Shown in pieces: positions 16,946-27,400 of a stretch of DNA of 64,000 bases (position 1 is the stretch's first letter; each line of letters opens with the position of its first letter). A program made the translations under genes and the position numbers. Origin of the DNA: a virus; IMG/VR virus record IMGVR_UViG_3300030060_004613, positions 5,315-69,314 of that record; one strand, written 5' to 3'. Below the pieces are notes generated by a model. The model was not told the origin of the DNA and made no database searches. It worked only from the letters and a program-made list of their open reading frames with translations.

Positions 16946-17899
16946 TCAACTTCCTTGTCGGTTGTTGCTGTTTGGATCATAGGTTGGCTCGAATTCATCT
17001 TCCGAAAAAAGGAGCCTATACCACAATTTAAACTTGCCTGTTCTACGCACAGCAGACCCCCCACCAGAATTGTCTCGCGCAAATGGCGCTATAACCAAAT
17101 AGGCTTTATCGTCCATGGCCATTGGATCGCCAGTTTTTTGCTGCATATAGGTCTGATTATTATGATGGGTCATCGTGTAGTCATTTTTTAAAGAAAGAGC
17201 TACTGAAGTAGCGCAAACAACCTCGGTGGCGCTTTTTTGTACGAAATGAAACTGAGCCCAACCTACCTTGCAATCTGAGACAGTGTTGAGTGCAGTGGTT
17301 AGCCCATGTGGATTGTACGCATGCACGCCCATTTTGAGTGGATTAGTAGACGCATTGCCTTGATAAAAAAGACCCAAACAATACCCGTGACCGTCACCCG
17401 TAACAGTTAAAAATTTCTCGCTCGAAAGACCAACAAGTATTCCGGTGTCATGGTTTTCATCGTTGGGACAGTTTTCGTGAGCTTCTACCAAAAACTCTAT
17501 GGTACACCCAACAAGGTCGCTAAACTCTAAAATGCCCGTGCCGTCTGGTTTCGTAAGAGCCGTAGCAAGCTTTCCGCTGGTCTGTTCGACGTTGTCGATT
17601 TCTTGATCTTTCATTGCGGCAAGATCACAATAAAACTCAACGCCATTTGCGTCTCGTGCAACCCAGTCGCTGGCGTGACCACTAATGTCAAATACGCTGT
17701 TTGGATCGGCATGATACCAAACGCCAGGGGTGCCGTTGTCAGGGTCACTGCTTCCTAAAGTAGCTACATCTGTAGGAAGCACGCCGCCCGGACATGGATT
17801 TACTGAAATCCAATTACTCTTAAAGCTGTTCCGAAAAGTTCCTTTTGGAGAGGCATCGGAATCTTTAACAGGCCCTGGGCTTCGACTTCTACGGCTCAT
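16946..17899 (-). CDS. hypothetical virion or receptor-binding-associated protein
   Basis: 317 aa, beta-rich, follows the tail fibre module. Confidence 0.65.
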   Translation of the reverse strand: MSRRSRSPGPVKDSDASPKGTFRNSFKSNWISVNPCPGGVLPTDVATLGSSDPDNGTPGVWYHADPNSVFDISGHASDWVARDANGVEFYCDLAAMKDQEIDNVEQTSGKLATALTKPDGTGILEFSDLVGCTIEFLVEAHENCPNDENHDTGILVGLSSEKFLTVTGDGHGYCLGLFYQGNASTNPLKMGVHAYNPHGLTTALNTVSDCKVGWAQFHFVQKSATEVVCATSVALSLKNDYTMTHHNNQTYMQQKTGDPMAMDDKAYLVIAPFARDNSGGGSAVRRTGKFKLWYRLLFSEDEFEPTYDPNSNNRQGS

Positions 17900-18261
17900 G
17901 CTGCGTCAATCCTGTTGACGTGACCAATAATCGAGACTTTGTTTGCTGTCGTAGAAAAAGCCTTACAGATTAGAGCAGTACTTGAGTTTCCTTTGAGAAT
18001 CCATCCAGGCGCAACCAAAACGGTTTCGTTTGGTTGGATTGTTGTTTTCAAGTGGTCGTCTGTCGCGGTTGTGCCTCCCCACTCCAAAGTAAGAACCTCT
18101 GCTGAGGTGTTGTGATTACAAGCCCACAACCAAATCTCATCGTAGTCATCATTAACGCTTGGCCCAGTGTGAATGGTTGTGCCAGCGCTTGAATTCGCAG
18201 CAACCTCAATGGGCCGACCATCGGTTGAAGCGCTCAAATGGATTCTTGAAATAGTAGCCAT
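17896..18261 (-). CDS. tail-fibre-associated small structural protein
   Basis: LSASTDGRPIEV...DEIWLWACN...GHVNRI pattern seen after phage fibres. Confidence 0.7.
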   Translation of the reverse strand: MATISRIHLSASTDGRPIEVAANSSAGTTIHTGPSVNDDYDEIWLWACNHNTSAEVLTLEWGGTTATDDHLKTTIQPNETVLVAPGWILKGNSSTALICKAFSTTANKVSIIGHVNRIDAA

Positions 18262-18270
18262 GTTGGTTTC

Positions 18271-20307
18271 CTATGTAAAAACTTGCATGTGTAGAATAAG
18301 GTTTTCATCGTTAGCGGCAGAGCCCCCAGAAGCCTCCACCCAACTAAGTTGTCCTGAGCTATCCGACTGAAGAACCCGGTCTGCCCCAGGTAACGCGGCT
18401 GGAAAGGTATAGGTGTGGTTAGACGCGATATTTGCAGCGGCCTGGAACTTCATAAAGTTCGTGCCGTTGTCCGAATCCTCGTTGAGCATAAGAGATGCTG
18501 CTGCGGCAGTAGACCCAAAGATCCGCACACCACCAGTTCCCTTAGGCTTCAAGGACATCGTAATGTTGCTTGAGTCGCCCAACACGCTGATTGCGGGGGC
18601 AGTACCATCTGCTGCGTTTTCAACCTCAACAAAGTTCACTGCGCTGCCAACGGAACAGAACTTCAAAAGCTTGTTGTTGTTCTCGTCGTTAATCGCACTG
18701 CTGTCCGTCATTCCAATGTTGCCAGGAACAACAATGTCGCCATCATTTTCGATAGTAAAAACGGTAGCCAAACTGTTGGCGCTACTTCCCGAACCACCCG
18801 CTGCGGAGCTTTGAAAAATGATGTTTCCACCACCAGCGTTGCCGGTGCTTTGGCCACCACTAATCGTCAGGCTTTTTCCAGCAGTGTTGGTGCCAGATAC
18901 AGCAGCAATAGACATTGTAGCGTTCTGACCATTGCCGTATTGAATGTCGCCACCGTTTACGGAGAGGTCACCATCAACCTGAGTGTTTCCAGAGCCGTCA
19001 AACGAAATGCCCGCCGAACCGGCACTATCAACAATGTTGTTGCCGGAAACTTGAAGGTCTCCAGCAAGCGCTACATTCTGTGCCTCACTGATTGTAAGAG
19101 CGGCCTGCAAGCCTGAGTCGTTGTTGGTCGAGAAGACCATCTTACCTTTTTCATCGTTCGACGAACCAACGTGGCTGATTTCAATCTGACCCAGGGCGTT
19201 GTTGCCGTGATCCTCAAAGATTAATCGAGTCTCACAACCGCCATCACTGTTCTCAGCAGTCTCATTTTGAAGGGTCAGATATGCGTTTGCACCTTTAATC
19301 TGCAACATGGTGCCTGGAGCCGAATCCCCGATACCGACATTTCCATCAGTGTGGATTCGCATGCGCTCGCCAACATCATCAGTACCGCTAACTTTCGTCC
19401 TAAACTGCATGCTTGCGGTGCCAACGCCATCGCCTTTGCCAGTAGACAAAATCAAGTCGCCACCGTTGATGTCGCTGCTTCCGCCGATAACGCCGCTTCC
19501 AGCGCTAATAGACAAGCTCTTGCCTGCGGTGGTGCCGGTTGTCTGATCTCGGGCAGTAAGAACCGTAAGATCAGCATTGCCAGCCGCACCTAAAATAAGA
19601 TCCGCAGTGGTGCCCGTAATAATTGCACCAAAGTTTTGGTCAGCGCCTGAAGCAAAGATGTCCAAACCAATGTTGGTCTGCGCTCCAGAAGTTCCGCCAG
19701 TAAGATCAACATCAAGCCCTGTATTCAAAACCGTTCCAACCATGGTTGGTGAGTCTGAGTTGATGTCTACATCAATACCAATGTTCTGTCCTGTTTGGCC
19801 AGATGCGATGATGCCCGTAGCGTCGTAATCAATGTGGGCGGCAACGGTTGTGTGATTCGTTGTAGCCGTGACATTGGCGTCTACCACGAGGCTTCCGCCA
19901 CCGACAGTTAGGTCACCAGCGAGCGTTGTATCCTGCTCGTCATCAATAGTCAGAGCAGTGGTAAGCGAGGACCCGGTATGGGTCGAAAGGATTAGCTTTC
20001 CTTTAGTGTCATCAGAAGACCCGCTGTGGCTACCCTCGATTTGAGCAAGAGTGGCGTCGGCGTGATCTTCGAAGATCACCCGAGCCTCACAACCACCATC
20101 CGAGTTCTCGGCTGTTGAGTTTTTGAGAGTCACATAGGGGGCGGTATCGGTGACCTGGAGCTTTGTTCCAGGTGCAGTATCACCGATTCCAACCCTATTG
20201 TTCTCTTCATCAACCGAAAGAGTGCCGTCTAAAAGATCAATTTCAAGGTCAGTACCAACCACTCGTTGGTTTCCAAACCTATTGAAGAACCCTGTGCTAA
20301 TCCCCAT
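18271..20307 (-). CDS. tail fibre protein with internal repeats
   Basis: Gly/Ser/Thr-rich; VGIGDxAPGT modules twice; ERMRIHTDGNVGIG. Confidence 0.8.
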   Translation of the reverse strand: MGISTGFFNRFGNQRVVGTDLEIDLLDGTLSVDEENNRVGIGDTAPGTKLQVTDTAPYVTLKNSTAENSDGGCEARVIFEDHADATLAQIEGSHSGSSDDTKGKLILSTHTGSSLTTALTIDDEQDTTLAGDLTVGGGSLVVDANVTATTNHTTVAAHIDYDATGIIASGQTGQNIGIDVDINSDSPTMVGTVLNTGLDVDLTGGTSGAQTNIGLDIFASGADQNFGAIITGTTADLILGAAGNADLTVLTARDQTTGTTAGKSLSISAGSGVIGGSSDINGGDLILSTGKGDGVGTASMQFRTKVSGTDDVGERMRIHTDGNVGIGDSAPGTMLQIKGANAYLTLQNETAENSDGGCETRLIFEDHGNNALGQIEISHVGSSNDEKGKMVFSTNNDSGLQAALTISEAQNVALAGDLQVSGNNIVDSAGSAGISFDGSGNTQVDGDLSVNGGDIQYGNGQNATMSIAAVSGTNTAGKSLTISGGQSTGNAGGGNIIFQSSAAGGSGSSANSLATVFTIENDGDIVVPGNIGMTDSSAINDENNNKLLKFCSVGSAVNFVEVENAADGTAPAISVLGDSSNITMSLKPKGTGGVRIFGSTAAAASLMLNEDSDNGTNFMKFQAAANIASNHTYTFPAALPGADRVLQSDSSGQLSWVEASGGSAANDENLILHMQVFT

Positions 20308-20312
20308 TTACC

Positions 20313-20741
20313 CTACCTCACAGCCCACAAAAGACGAGCTTTTCTTAATGTCACAACACCAGCATTGACCTTCAAAAACAAATAGCACTTGTTTGCTGTT
20401 GTTTGTCCTGTGGGCGCACGGACATAAACATCAGTGGCAACCGCTGTGTTTCTAAGGCTGGTGTCAGTCATGCCAGCATGAAGGTTAATAAGCTGCGCCT
20501 CTGCCGAAAGCGGATCGTCTCCTGACGAATCCCATGTCAAGAAACAAGACACAGTGGCTGGAGATCCAGAAGTCACGTCAAGCTGAAGCTCAAGGTGAGA
20601 TAGATAACAAGCTTGTGGCATTGCTCTCGACAAAGGATCTGCTGTCAGGTCCTCATGAAGAAGAATCGCCTGCCCAGCAGAGTAAGACGTGCCAATGCTC
20701 GCCTGCTCTGCATCGTTAACAACAAAGCCCTGATCAGCCAT
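20313..20741 (-). CDS. putative virion protein
   Basis: GGAGG RBS; beta-rich. Confidence 0.65.
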   Translation of the reverse strand: MADQGFVVNDAEQASIGTSYSAGQAILLHEDLTADPLSRAMPQACYLSHLELQLDVTSGSPATVSCFLTWDSSGDDPLSAEAQLINLHAGMTDTSLRNTAVATDVYVRAPTGQTTANKCYLFLKVNAGVVTLRKARLLWAVR

Positions 20742-20769
20742 CACGGCCTCCCATTAGAAGGTGGATGAA

Positions 20770-21378
20770 TCAGGTAGACGGATTGACGATGTCTACGACA
20801 AACAGGTCTGAGCGACAGGAGTTGCTCGCTGATGCTGCACTCCATTGAGCACTCACAGCAAGAGTGCTTGCTACCGTCGTGTTCAGCGTGAAGGAAGCCT
20901 TGATTTCTCGTTTGGTAGCCGTTCCCACTGCATCGGGGTCCTGGTATTGCACCATTGCCACTGCGGTTCCGCCGGTTCCAACAGTCCGAACTTGGATGAT
21001 TGCATCAATGTAGAACACATCGTTGTTATCCACGTTAGCATCTGTTGTTGCCAGGATTTCTTCCCTGGATGCAAGGGCGGTAGCTGTTGGCCCCAAGCTC
21101 AAGAAGATTTGAAGGGCATCAGATCCATTTGTGGCAGTTGCAATTCCCATCGACTTGACTCGAATCGTAGAGCCAGCAACCAACGAGTTTGCAGGAATCG
21201 CCACAGAATCAAGCGCTGTTTCGGTAGTGGTATTCGTAAGTGCAGCACTCGCTGCGGTTTTTGTAGCAGCCTGACCGCCCACATGCATTTGCGAGCCGCT
21301 GGGGCCACCATGGTCAAGGAACATGCTGATTCCATGTTCAAGCGAGTTGCCGTTTACGAGTTCAATAATTTTGGACAT
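20770..21378 (-). CDS. putative virion protein
   Basis: Ala/Thr-rich and beta-rich; AGGAG RBS. Confidence 0.7.
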   Translation of the reverse strand: MSKIIELVNGNSLEHGISMFLDHGGPSGSQMHVGGQAATKTAASAALTNTTTETALDSVAIPANSLVAGSTIRVKSMGIATATNGSDALQIFLSLGPTATALASREEILATTDANVDNNDVFYIDAIIQVRTVGTGGTAVAMVQYQDPDAVGTATKREIKASFTLNTTVASTLAVSAQWSAASASNSCRSDLFVVDIVNPST

Positions 21379-21438
21379 CTGGGTCTCCTAAAGAGAATCG
21401 GGTTGGATTGTTAGGAATGGTAACATGGTCAACAGTTT

Positions 21439-24400
21439 TTAGTCATCTGTAGTTTCTACTACGCCTGTGCGTAGGGAGACGTCAAGGTCTTCGGGGTCTA
21501 CTCTTGCCGAAAGAATGTTAATGACATCCTCAAGCCTGCGTTTTTCGTTGAAGAAGAGACGTAATGCAGCAGCTTGTGGAGTTGGGATAGTCTGGATGTT
21601 GAACAACAGCCCCAGGAATCCTTCGTCTACTCCTAATCGTCCACGTTCCCCACGCACTGGTACTCCGTCCGGGCTTGCAAACATGATGTCTCCATCATCA
21701 TTCAGAACAAACCCTGCTGCGGTTATACGATCTATCATAGTCTTGTATGAGCCCGGTGCATCTGGATCGTAATACCCAAGAGACTCCCTTTTACCTGCCT
21801 CTACTTTTTGAGTGTAAGAGTCGTATTCCATTTGAAGCAGTTGTGGGATGAGGTACTGGCCACGAACCATGCGGCTCATTGTGTCCATCGAACGACCAAA
21901 GATGCCGAGTTCGAACGGCATTCCAAGCGTTGAAAAACCTTGTCTGGATGCTTCGAATGGATCCATGCGCAGAAGCATTCCGGGCAAGGAACGATCAATT
22001 GGTCCCAAGTTAACACCTGGAATAACACTGTCTCTCAAAGGCGTGATTGGAAACACACCATGAAAACTACTTCGTAACAAGAAGTAGTTCACCGCATTGC
22101 TTGCCTCGTAAACATGAGTTTGACCAGGAAACTCTTGTGGCTCATACTCCCGCAGATGGCGTACTTCGTAGCCAACCATTTCCAAAATCATCCCACCTGT
22201 GGTCAACAGATCGTACTGGACAAAAGATGTTGGGATTCTTTTTGGACCTAAATCTCTGCCACGGAAAAAATCCTTTTCGAAAGCAGCACCGAGGAACGAT
22301 TGTATCCATGGATTCAATCGAGCTAACGTTTTGATTGCTCGCTCGCTTGTTTGTTCCGTTTCTGCGAGACCGGGAGTAAGCGCTGAGATGATTGCGAAAA
22401 AGTCAAAATGCGCCTTGAGAGCCTCTGCCGCTGGTAACACGGGAGCGTTCACACGATTTGCCTGAACCATGTGATCGATACCATTCCTAAGGAATGCAAG
22501 ACCAAGCCTGTCAGCACTAAACTCGCTCTCAATCAAAGTTGAGTCACCATCCAAGAAGTGCTGGTTCAAGCCGCGAGCCAACCTAAACTGCGCGAAGATT
22601 CTGGAGGGATTCGTAAGCAGTGTATCGTAGAACAAGTCCATGTTCTTTCGCTGAAACGAATAGAAGATGAATACAGTCCGCATCGTTTTGCGTTCGAACT
22701 CGGTTAGATCTGTGTAGTCAAACAACGCTCTACGAGCCACTCCTGCGGCATCAGTCGTGGACAGGCCTTTCTCAACCCCATCAAGAAACACCGCAACTCG
22801 GTAGTAGTTGTCGATGAAAGACGCAAAGTTGATAAGTTGATTATGATAGAACTTAGCAGCAGCAATTGGTTTGTAAGCAAGGCTTGCAGCACCTCTCGCA
22901 GCAGCAGTCACTCCTTCTGCCGTAACAGCTACAACGTCTGACTCAAGTGGCGACCCTGGACGAGAGTAGTATGGCCCCTCTTCAGTCATCGTGCGCCAGT
23001 AACTGGGTTCGTTTCGCTTGAGGTCCTCTGCCAGTGACGTTGCAGTTTCCGCCGCGAGGAACGAGCCGGTGATGTTGAACTCCTCAATCATAGAGATCAA
23101 CTGTCGTTTCGTATACACCGTCCCGTCTGGAGCTACGAGTGGTCGAACTTTGTTCCACCGCATATTTTTTGGCTGACCACCAAACACGCTGGCAGCAAGC
23201 TCCAAAGACAAAAGGGCGTTTGGTCCAAAGGTTGTCGTAAAGTATCCTTTGGCACCAATTGTCATGTACACCTGGAACTGAGCACCAATAAAGTTTGCCG
23301 TGTAGTAAGCAAGGTTTGGAAGTAACAATCCAGACGTTACGCCCATTTTCATAAGGCGATAGCCTACAGTGTAACTGTTGAATAAGAAATCAACGGCCTT
23401 CTGCGTCGTTGCTCCTGCAAGCTCTTTTGCTGTTGCTCTCGGTAAACCAAACTCCTCAGGTACAGAGAATCGAGTTCTCTTGGCCATTAACCCTGCACCC
23501 ATTCGACCGGATGCCTCTCCTGCTAATCGGTCAATTTGAGCTTCGATTTCTTCTTTGAAGAACGGAGGAACCAAACGTTCCGATCCATCTAAGAACCTTA
23601 CAAGCTCAAAGTCTTTACCATCGGAACCAAGCTTCAAGCCCCATTCTTCAATAAGCTGCATGGCCATTTGAAAGGCTTCAAGATCATGAATGACTCTACC
23701 GCTTTTGAGACCTGGAGCATCCTCTAAGACTTGGTACTGGAACGTGCCTCGTTCTCTGGAACGTTTTTGTGCTGCGGCGGAATACGGAGCGCTTTCGCCT
23801 GATTTGCCTTGAATCAACTCTCCGTAGGCTCCTCGTTTTGGAGATGCAAGGTTCGCCCGCATGCGGCCAGTGGGTCGCCCATATTGATCAAGAGTGATTC
23901 TTACACCACCAAAGTTCAACTCCTCATCGATGTACATCTTCACTCGCTCAACAAACTGTCGGCGTTCTGCTGCACCACGAATATCGGCAGGAGCAATTTC
24001 ATCAATGCCGGTTTTCATGCCATACCGGGACATGTCATCCAAAAGGCTCTGATAAATATGGTCAGCCCTTAGACGCAAGATTGCCTCAAGAGCAGCGTGT
24101 GGCAGTGAAAACTTACCAGGCCGAACTGATGCTGTACCCACAGCAAGACCCTCGCCTGCAAGCTCAACCAACATTTGCTCCCATTCGCCCTTGTAGAACA
24201 AATCGTAGAATCGGATAGCAAAGGTTTTGTCTACAAGAGGATTTTCAATTTCCCGACCCAGCTTTACAGCTTGCTCTGGCGAGCCACCAAACGCAGCAAA
24301 AAGCTTTAGGGTAGTTTGATTGGCAAGATGGACCCGTTGATCAATGCCTTCCTCAATGACCTCGTATGCTTCTGCAATCGCCCGCTTTTGTGCTTGTTCC

Positions 24401-27400
24401 AGAACATCGTAGTTATCGTAGATGTCTTGGATTAGTTCGATGGCCATTCTCTCTCGTGGCGTCATCTTGTGGTTTTCTGAGAACGCAATGATGATGTCAT
24501 CTACATGTGCAGCAAACTGCTTGCGGTTCATTCCAGAACCACTCGTAAAGATGTTTTGGATTCCAGCAAGACGTCGATAGCTTTGGCTTGTAATAGGCTG
24601 GGATAGCGTCTTACGCAATCCATTGATGACATGCATGACCGCTGCTGCTTTCCTTCCATCTTTCAGAAGCTGCTGTGCAGTCTGTACCCATTTGGTCAAC
24701 TCATTCATCTGTCGCGTTCGGCGCTCAAACAACTTCTGAATGACAGGGCTCGTCTCTATTTTTTGTCCCTCTTTGGTGCGACCAGTAAGCGGAAGATCTG
24801 TGACGAATGCATCTCTCAACTTTCTGGACACGGCACCAAGAAACGGAGCAGCGTTGATAGGAGCCATCAATTCTTTAACTGCCGCATACCCAAGAGACTT
24901 GGGAACGTTCATCATCTCTTTGGTAGCGCCTGTGCCAACACCTACAACGTGGTCGCGGATCAATTCGTCTACCAACAGTCGATACTGCGAAACTGGAATC
25001 TGACTGAGGTCTGCACCTGGAGCCAACAGGTCTGCCAACGTTGAGCTTTGCAACATACTGGCCGTTTTTGGATCTGCTCCTAACGTCAACAAAAGATTGC
25101 GAAGCCTGCGCTGTTGCGGCTCCAGCAGATTGATGACCTCAATTTGAGTTACGCGGGCCTCACCAGTAGGCAGAACCTCTGTGACCTTCTCGACGTCTAC
25201 ATTGCCAAACTCATCAACTACCTCAACCTCAAGGTCAACTTTGTCGAATTGCTTGGCAAGCATGTTTGGATCTCCAAACACATTCCAAATGATTCGCTGC
25301 GCTTGTCCGAGATATTGAGCCAGTTGGCGTTTGGGAACGATAGAACGGGTAGAAAAGGAAACCCAGTTGTTGGTGTACTTCTTTCTGGATTTTTCGGTAA
25401 CGACGTAACCAACTGCCTTTTGAATAGCCTGGAACACATCCACGCTGGTATCTGCCTCTCCGATTTCAAGGTATGAGCGGATGCGTCCAGAATCCAAATC
25501 AATGCGACCGGCCTCTTTGGCTTCACCTTGTTTTCTGATTGACTCTGTTTCGAGAATGTCTTCTGGAACCCGTGTTACTTCAACCCGCTTAAATGCTGGA
25601 TCGGCGCTGACGTCAAACATTGCCTCCTTCTTGGCGTCGTTTAAGATACCAGTCCATTCATCAAAATACCGACGCAGACCCGGAGAAGTGTGATCAACTC
25701 GATGACGAAGCCGTCTCCACGTCACGGCAATCCTGTCTCGAATCGTTTCGAATGAACGCTCGACTACAGGGTCTTTAAAGTACCTGTCGTGCCAGTATTG
25801 TTGAAAAGCTTCCTTGGCCTCTACCATGCCCTTTGAAGTCAGTGCTTTAGTACCATCAGCAAGTTCTACATTGTCGAACCTTTCAGCCAGAGCACGCATC
25901 GCTGCTGGATAGTCGTCACCAAGAAGTTGGACGAGGCCCAGAGAGGCATCACCAAACAACGCATCCAAGTCTCCTTCCGCAAAGAACTTGGTCAGATCCG
26001 CACCAGAACCAAAGAATGTCGTAAGAAGAGGGTTTTCGAAATCTGCCCCCGACATGTACAACGCGCCTCGACTAAGCTGTGTCGGAAGCGGTTTTTCTTG
26101 GAACGGAGACTTACCAGTAAACCCTCCCTCTTTGAACGAATCGTAGAGCTTTTGAAACCCTGCTCCAAACAAACCAGCAGCGAGTCTGTTTTCTCTGGAC
26201 GAAATTGCCGCCTGCACCCTGGGGTCGGTAATGTCGGGGTAAACGTCCTCAAGTCTCTTAACCACGGCTTTCATGGCTGCTGGACGCACAGCAGGAAGCA
26301 TTGAGCTACCTGGATGCACAATGACGTGTGGGTCAAGGTAACCACGCCATTCATCCCAGACTTGATGCTGTCGAGTCGCAGCAGAACCCAAAAGGTCAGA
26401 TTGATCAGCGTTGTCCGTCAATATGTTGAGAGCCCTTTCATACTCTGGCGACATGACGTCCAATGAAGTAACGGCCTTGCTTTCAAAACCATCAATCGAT
26501 TTTTGAACTACAGGGTGCCCGACCCCGTATGTATCGATGGTGCTCTGGAACATCTTGTGGGCTCGAAGAGTCTTCTCAACCCTCTCAACGTTCTTTTTCT
26601 TGATGGCCTTTTCAGCCTCGGTTTTAGCGGGTTTACGTCGAATTTTGTCCAGAGCTTTTTGGACTCCCTCAACGTCAATTCGACGAGCAGATTCTGACGG
26701 AAACAAATCTGAAATCTCTTTGATTCCAGTAGGAAACAAAGGCAAGCTCTCTGGAGAGGTAACTTCAATACGAAGCTGATCTCTCCAGAACGTGTACGCA
26801 GGATTGTCTTTTGAAGGTGTGAGGAACTTCTCAAAGGTCAAGCTGGACCGCTTTACAATTTCGTCCTCAAAAATTTCTTTTGCACGCGCTTTGATTTTGT
26901 TTGCAGAAGGCACAAAGTCAGATTGACCCGACTCTCTAATCAATTGCATTTCTGCAATTTCTTTTAGATGATTTCTTGCGGCCTCAGACTTAATGTTCTT
27001 CCAATCAACAAACCACTGTTTTGCTTTGTCGAGGTACTTTGGATTTTTAAAAAGTTCCTCACCCATCAATCCAATCATGTGGATGTCAAGCGCTCCAATG
27101 TTAGCCATGAATGGATTTTGCCAGTACAAACCAAACATCGTAATCTTGGTAGCCATACCCGGAACGAGACTGGCAACACGATCAGAAAACACTCTCCAAT
27201 CTTCTTCGGGGAATCGCTCGAAGAATGAGTATTCGAGTTCTCCGTTAAGGACTCGATTGAAGTCGTCGAGCATTACCTCATACATCTGGAGCATAAGATC
27301 CATGTTTGCAGGGCTCGACAAAGAGACGTCATTGGTGAGATTAATGACGTTGTCGCTTCGGACTTTGGTTCTCAGAGACTGGTAGTTGAGATCTGCGGCC

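Noticed and set aside
19050-20200. Tail fibre repeat as a DGR template/variable pair
   Set aside because: Both copies are in-frame coding, differences are not adenine-specific, and no reverse transcriptase is present
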